A stretch of 63,686 bases of DNA, the filler included, from Kipferlia bialata (lineage: Eukaryota): assembly GCA_003568945.1 (NCBI GenBank). It is 6 parts of 6 records of this genome, joined end to end, with 100 filler letters (N's around TTAATTAATTAA, not from the genome) between each part and the next. Parts side by side here need not be neighbours in the genome. Positions count along the whole stretch, not along the records: positions 1 to 11,060 come from BDIP01000679.1; positions 11,161 to 26,789 come from BDIP01000680.1; 4 more parts are not named here. The stretch is one strand, 5' to 3'. The position numbers were made by a program, and so were the translations under genes. Positions 1 to 11,986 of the stretch are shown here, one piece after another (within the stretch, counting starts at the first letter, position 1; each line of letters starts with the position of its first letter). The notes under the pieces are model-generated. The model had not been told where the DNA came from, did not search any database, and saw nothing but the letters and a program-made list of their open reading frames with translations.

Positions 1-55
<55 letters not shown>

Positions 56-72
56 AGATAGAGAGAGAGAGT

Positions 73-3000
73 CTTCTGGCCACAACTGTCAGGACATAGC
101 CACCGCCATACCTATTGTAAGGAAATGTATGTCTATAAAGCGAGAGCGAGAGAAAGAGAGAGAGAGAAGATGGTCAGGACATAGCCTCCACCGTACCTAA
201 GATAAGTCTTATATATATATTAAGAGAGAGAGAGGCAGAAGAAGAGATGTACGCACTCCTTCTCGCACTTCTGCTTGACTCTGAGCAACAGTACTGCAAT
301 ACTCTATATGACTGTAATACAATATACTGTAATGTACCTGATGCTATTGAGAGAGAGATGTATATAGATATACACACTCACTTCTGCTTGATCCTGAGTG
401 TGGTACCGAATGCTGCAGTGACACCGTTGGCCATGATGCAGATCTGGTCTGGAGGTGAGAAGGGTATATAGAGCAACTATACATTACTAAATACATAATA
501 TCCAATAGTAATACAGTTATGTATTATAGAGAAAGAAATGATTCAGTGACACCTTTGGCCATGATGCAGATCTGGTCTGGAGGGTGAGGTCATTCATTCA
601 ACACAACATACACATACACACACACCCATACAGTCACACTTCTACCTGCCAGGTACTCTGTCTCTGCCATGTCGTGTGTGGTATACATTCTCTCTCTCTC
701 TCTCTTTAAACACACACACATATATATATAATGGTATAAACAATATACATGGGTGTGGGTGTATCTACCTGCCAGGTACTCTGTCTCTGCCATGTCGTGT
801 GTTGTCAGCAGGATGCAGGGGGGGCTGATATACTGGGGTTAGACATAAACTTGTACATATATACACATATATACCGAGAGTGTAAGAGAGAGAGATGCGA
901 GTACCTTTCTCTTGACCACCCCTCCCTCCAGCATAACAGGGACCTTCCTCTTCTGACGGGCAGCCTGGGGGGTTAGGTGTATGTATGCATACACATACAC
1001 ATATACAAAAACACATACAAAACACAGTGTGATATAGACATATACTCTAAACATACAAACCTTCTTGATGGCACTCCAAGCAATGCGCCTGCTCTCGGGG
1101 TCGAGGCCTGGGATGAATGCATAGCATATCACTGCATATACGCTGTTACATATACATATATATATATATATAACTACCCACCTGTTGTAGGCTCGTCCAG
1201 CAGTGAGTAAGTCACATGCACAAACAGAGATATATATACATATTAACAATACATACAAAACAAATATATATATATACATGCCCATACCTGTTGTAGGCTC
1301 GTCCAGCAGTACCAGCTCGGGGTATCCCACACACATATATATATATATATATTCATTATATATAATATATATTCATCCATGAATATACATACAAAGGGCC
1401 ACACTCCTGAGGCCATCCTCAATGAGACGGGGGACCTCGAAGCTAGAGGTTAGACTAGATAGGAAAATATGCATACAAATTACTAATTAGAATTGTATAA
1501 CTATACTCCTCAGGCCATCCTCAATGAGACGGGGGACCTCGAAACTAGGATGTTAGGGGACATATATATATATAGTACTGTCACTATGTATATATTAGTA
1601 ATGTGTAACTATACTCCTAAGGCCATCCTACATCAGACGGGGGACCTCAAAGCTAGGGAAAGAGAAGGGTTATATACATGATACATACATGTAATAGACG
1701 CAATCAACAATGAACTATTATATGTGTACAATACTGACGCCGTCGTCGATCAGACGGGGGACCTCGAAGCTAGAGAGGAGTGGCACACATATGCATATAA
1801 TGTAATATATACACTATATATACTGTATATAATAAAATATTATACACCTATATATACTGTATATACTACTCTATCTCGCGTACCGTGGCACTGAGTGCAT
1901 CCTGCACACCATAGTAATATGTATGATATATTTACATATATATAGGTATACATATACACACATATATACACTATTACACTATCTCGCGTACCGTGGCACT
2001 GAGTGCATCCTGCACACCATAGTCAGGTGCTGTCTGGGTGTCATACCTGGCCAGATGGAGGTGTTGTGCTGGTTGCACACGCCTAGGGTTCAGAATGAGA
2101 GAAGAATACACATATACAATATATAGAGAGAGGGAGAGAGAGAGAGATGGACGTGTTGTGCCGGTTGCACACGCCTAAAGGGTAAATACACCTAGGATAC
2201 ATTGTATATATATGTATATTGACATCAGTATACCTAACAGCCTTCTGATGTGCCCCATGTGATGTCTCATGCTGAGCTGGTCCTTGCACAGCCAGGCCTA
2301 GAGGGTGAGGGAATACTATACACTTGTATCTAGCATTAACCACATGATATCTATGTTTCACAGTTGTATACATCAGACAAACATGCTGCTCCTTGCACAC
2401 CCAATCCTTGACAATATGTGCATAAGTGTGATATGAGAAGTAGACCAATCTCGCATATACCTGCCCAAGCTTAGTACTCTTGGCTGGGTCTGACTGGGTC
2501 ACACTCCTAACGATATAGTATACATAGTATATATTGAATATACATATAAATATATATATACTAATTAGAACGCACCTGACCAAGCTTTGTGCTCTTGGCT
2601 GGGTCACACACCCAATAGTATACTATATATATTGTGTGTATATGTATATATATATAGTATACATGTATATATACATTAGAATTTACCTGACCAAGCTTTG
2701 TGCTCTTGGCTGGGTCACACACCCAATAGTATATTATATATATTGTGTGTATATGTATATATATATAGTATACATGTATATATACATAAGAATATACCTG
2801 GCCAAGCTTTGTGCTCTTGGCTGGGTCTGACTGGGTCACACCCGTGATGCAGTTGATGGTGGTGGACTGGAGGTTAACATCAGCATCTCAGTAGACAGAG
2901 ACACATACACACACACAGAGAGAGAGAGAGAGGAGTGTACCTTGCCGGCTTCGTTGTGTCCCAGCAGACAGTAGAAATTGTAGATATACCCTGTAGCATT

Positions 3001-6000
3001 ATAGTGGGGAATGATAGGTACCTTTCCAGCTCAGTATAGTACAAGTAATACTATATAATACACTAGTATATATTATAGTATATATATTATAGTATATATA
3101 TTATAGTAATGATAGGTACCTTGCCAGCCCCGTTGTGTCCCAGCAGACAGTAGATCTGGCCACTCCTCATCCTCATGGAGACACCCCTCACGGCACGGTG
3201 CAATTGGCCGTTCTTACCCCTAGAGGTTAGACATACACACACACACATATATACATATAGAGAGAGAGAGAGAGAGAGAGACGCACGGCACGGTGCAGCT
3301 GGCCGTTCTTGCCTCTATAGGGTTAGACAAGCACTTTGGATTATACACACAGAGAGACAGAAAGAAAAGGATACATATACATATATATACGAAATATGTA
3401 TATATATATAGTAATGTATCACAGGGCTTGGTGCAGGTGGACGTGTATAGTATGTATATACCTGAATGTCTTCTCCAGGTGGTGTATGACCATCCTGGCA
3501 AAGTGTGTATATACATGGTATTGTATAATAATATAGTATATATATATATACTATATATATATACTCACCTGAATGTCTTCTCCAGGTGATGGATGACCAT
3601 CCTAGCACCTGGCTGCTGGTCTCTCCTGTGGTGAGACACATGTACACACACATATATATAGAGACACAAGTACACACATACACACACACACACTCATGTA
3701 CACACACATATATACACACGTACACACACACACACGTATATATCTATATGCGTAGTCCTGTGGGGTGAGACTCATACAGAGAAGAAAGACATCATGTGGA
3801 TACACAAGATGCATGTAACTCGTATGTCATACTAACATGGGTAATGGCGTTGTCTCCCTCTTGACTTTATATATGTATATACATACACTATCCCTCTATA
3901 TATACACTATATATACCTTAGTACCGAGGTGGTCTCTCTCTTGACATCTGCATCCTGCACACCCAGGGTGTATACTATATGTATATAGAGGGTAAGAAAG
4001 ATCTATATTTATATATATATATATATAGAAAGAGAGAGAGCCCAGGGTGGAGATGGCATCGCAGGCCTCCTAGAGTGTTAGCCGTGATAGATGTACAATA
4101 CTAGTATAGAAAGAGAGAGAGAGACAGAGGGAGAGAGTATATATATACACCCAGGGTGGAGATGGCATCGCAGGCCTCCTGGGGGGTAAGAATGATTATA
4201 TATACTGTATATACTGTATATATATACAATACTGTACAACGCCTTCAATAGCCACACTTAATACATACTTTCTCTATGTATGTACACATAGAACTTTACC
4301 TGGTGAGTCAGGCTCTTCCTCCTGTGCTTCCTGACACTGCCCTTGTTGATCTGATGGATTAAAGGGTGTAGAAGGATATTCAAAGGGTGTAGAAGGTGTA
4401 GGAAAGGGTGTAGGAAAGAGGTGTAAGGGTGTGGTAGACGCACTATATGAGTGTGGTAGAGGAGGAAACGGGAGTTAGTAATATATACCTTGGTGCTCCA
4501 GTAGCTGGGTCTGAGTAGCTGAATGGGTGTCCTACCGACAGAGCCAGCGGTGGTGAGGTACTCGCTCATGACCTGAGGTAAGAAAGAGTGATATGGATAA
4601 ATGTGTCTGAGTATGGGATATATATATATGAAAAGTACATGTATATATAGTATATAGACATACCCAAGAAGCCACTAGATAAATGACATTGGTGACCCAT
4701 CTGCAGGATGGGCCAGATGAGGGGTCCATTTATATATGTACTATATAGTAATATATACATAGCAATATGAATAATATTAATATTAATATTATATATATAT
4801 CTATATCGTACCCAAGACGCCACCAAATAGATGAGGTTTGTGACACCCATCTGCAGGATGGGCCAGATGAGGGGTCCATTCTCATAGGTGCAGTCGGCAA
4901 TGGAGGTATCCATACAGGACATATCGTCCTGGGGTCAGAATTGATATATATATATATACATATACTATCTACATCCATCTATATATATATATATATTAGA
5001 GGAGCAGTCGGCAATGGATGTGTCCATACAGGACATATCGTCCTAAGATGTCAAATAGAATCTTAACACATGCATATCTCAATTATATATAGTTATAATT
5101 GAATGTATCTACATATATATACTATAGGTGCAGTCGGCAATGGAGGTGTCCATACAGGACATGTCGTCCTGGGGTCAGAGTATATATATATGAATATACA
5201 ATATGTGGTCAAAAGATGACTTACCCCGATATGGGCCACCTCTGGGTCTAAACAGCCTCCTGAATGTATAATAATACATGATGATAATGACACATGGTAT
5301 CCAATGAATAATACATATATAAAAATCTCTACATATATTAAAGTGTGAATATATATATGTGTATATGTATATATTAGTGTACATACCCCAATGTATGCCC
5401 CATCTGGGTCATGCTGAATAGAAGTAAAGTAGTATATCTACAATAGTGTGTCTTTATACATCATTCTTACCCCGATATAGGCTCCATCTGGGTCACTGAA
5501 CAGCATGCTGAAGGTATTTGTTTCAAAATACTGTGTAGTAATATATATATATATATATATATATTAATATTATAGTCGTACCCCGATATAGGCACCATCT
5601 GGGTCGCTGAACAGCATGCTGAAGGTATATAACTCACCAGAATACATACAGAGTAGACTATATTAGTAGTATAGTACAGTATAAAGAACCATACCCCAAT
5701 ATATGCCCCGTCTGGGTCGCTGAACAGCATGCCAAAGGAGAAGTCATAGTCAGGGGCAATGAGGATGGACTCATAAGTGACCTCGTCAACGCCTAAAGGT
5801 AAGATGCATTTCACATAAATACAACAAAACTACTCTTACTACTACTAGATCAAATTGTATTGCAACACACATGATATCAACAGACAAGATCTTCCCACCT
5901 ATTGACGGCTTTGCCACCCGGAAACTATAAATAAAAAGATTGAATACAACTCAAACATACATGTATTTATACATACACATATTTCAATACTCACCTGTGG

Positions 6001-6896
6001 ATGGTTTAGCCACCTGGAATATGTTGTTGAAGCACAGGACAAAGTTGACAAAGGGGAACAGAAGCCTGGGGGTAAAAATAGAATATATATGAATACACCA
6101 TATAGACTATAGATACAGTACCATACCTCAGTGCAAATGCCTTTGCCGTTGACAGGAATGTCTCATAGAGCTGATATATACACATCCTTCTCTCTCTCTC
6201 TCTCTACATATATGTGCATATAGTACACTATATATGTACTATATACCTCAATGCAAATGCCTTAGCAGTGGACAGGAATGTCTCATCATAGAGCTGGTTG
6301 TTGGGGTTGACATACATATATATACAAATATATAATATAGTAATATTAATATACAATATAATATTAATATATAATAGAGTACCATACCTTAGTGCGAAGG
6401 CCTTTGCCGTTGACAGGAATGTCTCATCGTACAACTGGTTGGGGTTGACAGTGAGGGAGATGATGGTGTAGACAAAGGCACCGGCCACGAGGATCACTCC
6501 CATCTGTATGTTAGTATAGGGTATATATATATATATGTACAAATATTTAGCATATATAATAGAACTCATTGAAATATCATTTAGAATACAAAGCATGTAC
6601 ACACCATGATTGCGATCTTGTTGTGCATAAAGACAGTACGAATATAGTAGCGTGTAATATACCGGACGCTGTATATCTAATGAAAGAGAATATGCATACC
6701 ATGATTGCAATCTTGTTGAGCATGAAGAGTGATGCCATAATAGTATGGATATATATATATTATACACAAATACAACATCTTAGAGGATACAACACGTGTG
6801 AATACTCACCATGATTGCAATCTTGTTGTGCATGAAGAGTGATGCCATGAACAGACCCAGGGAGGTGGCAGCGGCACCAGCACTAGCAGTTAGAGT

Positions 6897-6947
<51 letters not shown>

Positions 6948-7008
6948 TGCCATGAAGAGACCCAGGGAGGTGGCAGCGGCACCGGCACTTAGGGTTAGAG
7001 TCTATAAG

Positions 7009-7044
<36 letters not shown>

Positions 7045-8499
7045 AGAGTGTTGTACACACTGTGTATTGAGATATACCATTACCTCAGGAACACTATCCA
7101 CATGACCGAGGCGTCCACCCAGGGGAAGATGTTGGTGCCTGGGATGAATATAGTAAATAATATGTATATAAATAATATATATATATAATATACATATATA
7201 TATATATATATATGTAGCAAACACCTGGAAGATGTTGGTGCCTGGGGTAAGAAGATACACGTGAGTATATATAAAGTATATATAGTATATAGGCTAGGCA
7301 TATATCTAGGATAGGTATATATATATAAATGTCAACCCATGGGAAGATGTTGGTGCCTGGGGTGAGGAGACAGAAGAATGAACTGGTTGTAACAAAAAAG
7401 AAACAGTATAGGATCAACTGTCAATTACACTTGATCATACCTACATATTACCAAATACACATGTATTATTCAACATATATGATCATACCTCCAGGCAGCA
7501 GGTACAGGCACCCCATGAATGGCACCAGGGTCACAATGTAGATGAGGTACTGGAACACCCACCTAAGGGGTAAGTGATACATAGAGTATGTATACCATGT
7601 ATGTATAATGTATGAAAATAGTGTATAGATACACAGCATGTATGGGTCACAATGTAGATGAGGTACTGGAACTCCCACCTGAGGGGTAAATATAGTTACA
7701 ATAGGTATGATGATAGAATCCGCACATAAATACAAACACTAAATCGTATGAAAATGTTTCAATGTGGATGAGGAAATAGAATACCCACCTAAGGGGTACA
7801 TGTAGTATATTTACACATTTCTACATAGTATGTACATACATCTCGATTTCATTTCTTGCATATACTGTGTATAAATACATATATGTACACAAATGAATAC
7901 CACTAGTCACACTCACCATGTGAGCCAGTAGAGCCAGTCCGTCGCACCCATCAGTCTGGAGGGTGAATAAAGGGTGTGGGGTGGGAATAAAGGGTGTAGA
8001 GGTACGGGAATGAGTTGATACAAACAAATGCAAGTATAAGCACTGGTACTATATACTATACCTCAGGGCCTGCAGTCTGCCCCCCTCCTTCTCATTAATA
8101 TACACATATCTCACTATATACATGTACATATATTATATCAATACGTACTTCAATAATGTCTACTACTAATCCTAGTATACCTAAGAGCCTGCAGTCTGCC
8201 CCCCTCCTTCTCACAATATACAATACATATATCACTAGATCTATACATAACACATATTGATAGAGTATATCTATGTAATATGTATAGGTAGGGTACCTCA
8301 GCGCCTGCAGTCTTCCCCCCTCCTTCTCACATACCTATACACGCCTCACTATACATATGATATATCCATTGAGTCTCTCGATATAGTCTTGTGCCACTAT
8401 ACCTGAGAGCCTGGAGTCTTCCCCCCTCCTTCTCACTGACCACATCGTTGAGACAGACAAGGAACTGGAGGGCAACTGGGAGTTAGTGTACACACACAC

Positions 8500-8535
<36 letters not shown>

Positions 8536-8630
8536 CGAGCTGACCACATCGTTGAGACAGACCAGGAACTGGAGGGGAACTGGAATTATATATATGGATA
8601 GAGAGAGAGAGAGAAGATTACATTTTGGGC

Positions 8631-8663
<33 letters not shown>

Positions 8664-8928
8664 GTGTATTGTAGTAACACCATCAAAATCTAGCATCTTA
8701 GTGAACATAGCGTATTATCATACCTACTAGCACCATGAATGATGTGGTGTCAAAGGACTCAGGGGCAATATCCACTATAATATTGAAATATGTACATGTA
8801 CATAGTCTATCTACACATGGACTACTAGCATCATCTAGCTATACAATAGTACTGTACCTACTAGCACCATGAATGAGGTTGTGTCGAAGGACTCGGGGGC
8901 AATGACATCCACGGAGTAGTAGCCTGGG

Positions 8929-8977
<49 letters not shown>

Positions 8978-9655
8978 TGGCAATGACTTCCATGCATACT
9001 GTAAGTGGGTATGCCCTGAATGTATTGTTCTCATATGCAGTATCGTAATAGCACAATATGAAGATATGTAGGTATTTACAACATATGTAATATCTACCAA
9101 TAGGAGAGAGAGACAGAGAGAGAAGATTATATACTGTACCTGGGTATGCCCTGAATGTTGGCTTGTACACGACATCTGCCTTGACAGACAGCACAGCACG
9201 CTCGACAAGGGCCTGTTAGGGTAAGTATTAGCTAATACATATATATATATATATATATAGTAATGCAATATGTACTTGTATATATACATATATAATGTCT
9301 GCATTGACAGACAGCACGGCACGCTCAACAAGGGCCTAGGGGGTAAGGATAGACACTCATATATATAATGATAACGTATTATGTATATTAATATACACAA
9401 TATCTGTCTGATGACTTCATTGGTATACTACTGATAGCACTAACAATAATGTACATACATACCTTTAGAGCCACTGGTCCAGCTGTCCATTGACAAAGGC
9501 ATAGAGTAGTAGTATACCATTGGTACCATATATTACATATGTACTATATAGGATATACTCATCATACCTGCAAGGCCACAGGACCAGCTGACTACACCAC
9601 CCCTCCGTTGACAAAGGAGTTGGCAAGGTCATCCATGTAGAGCTAGAGATAAGGG

Positions 9656-9705
<50 letters not shown>

Positions 9706-9710
9706 AAGGG

Positions 9711-9760
<50 letters not shown>

Positions 9761-9803
9761 CAAGGCCAAACATGGCAGCAATGAATGCAGCCATTAAGGG
9801 TGT

Positions 9804-9834
<31 letters not shown>

Positions 9835-9876
9835 CAAGGCCAAACATGGCAGCAATACAAACTGGTATAAGGGTGT

Positions 9877-9907
<31 letters not shown>

Positions 9908-10929
9908 ACCAAACATGGCAGCAATGGCAGCAATGCATCCTGAATACTAAGGGGGTAGAGAGAGAGAGAGAGAGAGAGAAACAGAGAGATTGAGAGAGAA
10001 AGAGAGTACCAATGCCAGGGCATGGCAGAAGTCCAACTTGATCAGTAACGGTAAAGAAAGGGAGTGAGAGACCTACCCCAACTGCCATAGACAAGTATCC
10101 CCGACAATCTCGCGCCAAATACAACTAATTGAACACCAATGTGTCAAACCCTGCTATATCTAGATATGAATGTGCATATATACCTGCGCCCACTCCCATG
10201 ACAAAGAACCAAGCCTGATGGAATCATATGTCCAAATACATAATGAGTGCTGACATTGTACAGTGATATATACCCTACCTGCTCCCACTCCCATGACAAA
10301 GAACCTGGACACGTCCCATGTAGTCTGGAGCTGGATGTCCCTGACACCACCAAGGGTGACCTAGGGTGAGAGACATATATACCATAGTATACGTGTATCC
10401 GATACTATATGCCCTACACATTCACTATACAAACCTTAGCCCCGTGTCCCTGCAGCATGTCGTGTCTGACCCACCTGTCAACAACCACTATCGTATATAT
10501 ATACCATGAATACTATACAGTATAGAGTACCTTAGCCCCGTGTCCCTGTAACCAGTCGTGTCTGACCCATCTGGCCAGGACAAAGGCAGAGCCCATGCCA
10601 ACGGCTGATATTAGTACATATATAGTAGAATAAAATACAATCATAATATATATATAAATATATTCATAATACATTCATATATATATAGAGAGAGACCCAT
10701 CCGGCCAAAACAAAACAGCAGCCAGTACTCAAAGGAACAGGGATGAATATGGCATATTCATCCCATTCACATAGAGTATGTATATATATGAGTATATAAA
10801 TGAATTTCAGTCACCCATCATTGCTCAGAACATTTGAATATATATAATAGACACAGAAGACATACCCATCTTGGCCCAGAACAGCAGCCAGTACTCAAAG
10901 GAACAGGGGCCCACAAGGTCACCATCCTC
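73..10929 (-). CDS. ABCA-subfamily ABC transporter (TMD + NBD), many short exons; incomplete at the window start and at the gap
   Basis: Manual splicing gives VVSEKEGGRLQALR (ABCA EKE motif, ~8403-8475), several TM exons, Walker A LLGHNGAGK|ST (3120-3150, 2860), Q-loop LGVCNQHN (~2080), Walker B/D-loop LVLLDEPTTG|LDPESRR (1288-1328, 1061-1108), H-loop ILLTTHDMAETEYLA|DQICIMANG (768-833, 382-450) and KYGGGYVL (73-112). The LSGG signature exon was not found. Confidence 0.92.
1397..1773 (-). repeat. Acceptor-side exon-echo array (FEVPRLIEDGLRS): true exon plus 3 upstream copies
   Basis: AGACGGGGGACCTC recurs at ~1426, 1527, 1635 and 1752, each with its own CTAG acceptor. Confidence 0.9.
2460..2868 (-). 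repeat. Donor-side exon-echo array (DPAKSTKLGQ|gt): true exon plus 3 downstream copies
   Basis: CCAAGCTT.GT.CTCTTGGCTGGGTC at ~2466, 2581, 2691 and 2802; period ~110 bp. Confidence 0.9.
5222..5793 (-). repeat. Donor-side exon-echo array (MLFSDPDGAYIG|gt): true exon plus 4 copies
   Basis: Copies at ~5692 (true), 5579, 5469, 5385 and 5222, progressively more degenerate. Confidence 0.9.
8062..8585 (-). repeat. Exon-echo array around VVSEKEGGRLQALR: 3 donor copies downstream, 1 acceptor copy upstream
   Basis: CCCCCTCCTTCTCA at ~8081, 8199, 8316 and 8422; acceptor copy at 8540-8585. Confidence 0.9.
9661..9980. repeat. Dense (GA)n microsatellite cluster interleaved with CCAAACATGGCAGCAAT copies; representative of the (TA)n/(GA)n/(CA)n tracts in echo-rich introns
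   Basis: Five (GA)n runs, each preceded by TAAGGG(T/G)G(C/T)AG. Confidence 0.9.
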
Positions 10930-11008
10930 CTGGGGGGTTAATATAGGGGCTATATCTGCACAAAAGGAAGTAGAAAGGAAGTAGAAAGGAAGAGTGATAT
11001 GTATTCTG

Positions 11009-11044
<36 letters not shown>

Positions 11045-11060
11045 ACACCACCCACCCACA

Positions 11061-11160
11061 NNNNNNNNNNNNNNNNNNNNNNNNNNNNNNNNNNNNNNNN
11101 NNNNTTAATTAATTAANNNNNNNNNNNNNNNNNNNNNNNNNNNNNNNNNNNNNNNNNNNN
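11061..11160. other. Artificial contig spacer (N-TTAATTAATTAA-N); same spacer at 26790-26889, 42516-42615, 50600-50699 and 60063-60162
   Basis: Identical 100-nt layout with a six-frame stop linker; usually flanked by poly-G/poly-C runs where the assembly broke. Confidence 0.97.
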
Positions 11161-11209
<49 letters not shown>

Positions 11210-11235
11210 GGGGGAGAGAGAGCATTGATACTCAC

Positions 11236-11445
11236 CAGTCGTGTCGGCCACATGCCTACGGACCGGTGCTTGGGCAACACCTGGGATATGAGATGATGAG
11301 ACAGGCAGAGACAGGCAAAGTCACGTACCCATGTGAGAGTCACGATGGACACGAGGCAGAGCACAAACGAGCAGGTCCCCCCCACCAGAGAGTTGAACTC
11401 AGCCACAGCCTGTACCCTGGGGTCATAGAGGTCAAGGGGAGACAT
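11236..11445 (-). CDS. First two exons of a membrane-protein gene (MSPLDLYDPRVQAVAEFNSLVGGTCSFVLCLVSIVTLTW|VLPKHRSVGMWPTRL); possibly the 5' end of the ABCA locus across the gap
   Basis: ATG at 11445, one hydrophobic helix, short GT-AG intron (GTACGT...CTCATATCCCAG) and a GTGAGT donor at ~11235 running into the poly-C/gap. Confidence 0.5.
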
Positions 11446-11986
11446 CTCTCACAATGACTCACTGTGTGCCAATTTGAAGGGAGTCGGTCTCGGTCTCGGT
11501 GACCTTCAGAAGTTCTGAAGACAAGGGTTTAGTATCAGCATCTTTGACATTTTTGGTATCGAGTAAGCTTTCATGTATGTGTATATGTATACAATTTGCA
11601 TTGTGCTCACTCAGCTTGTGTCCCAGAACCTGAGGAAACCTGGGAGTTCCTATAAAATTCTAGACGCCAAGCTCTTTATGAAGGGTCGTGAGTCACGACT
11701 CGTGACGCATCACAGGTTGTTTTGAATTGACTCTTACTATACCTCTATGAACATGTCCTCGCCGTATTCACCAGGCCCTGGCCACCCTCTTGTCGCATGC
11801 TGAACACAAGAGAAAGAGCCCAAAAACTACTACAAAATTCAATCTATGGAATCTCAAAGGCAACTTGCCTCGGGCAATACACTCCAGAGTAGGGATGCCG
11901 AACCTCAATCTGAAGTCAATCACCCCCAGAATAACGAGTCATCACAAACATATACACACGCACCCACTGTCAGTGCCATAGTCTCC

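Noticed and set aside
174..10124. Many short YI/RE/SL-rich ORFs
   Set aside because: Translations of (TA)n/(GA)n intronic microsatellites.
11105..11116. TTAATTAATTAA motif recurring five times
   Set aside because: Always centred in N runs; it is an artificial six-frame stop linker, so adjacency across these joins is not guaranteed.
11012..11210. Poly-C/poly-G tracts as functional G-quadruplex elements
   Set aside because: The long tracts sit at contig ends, where length and sequence are unreliable.
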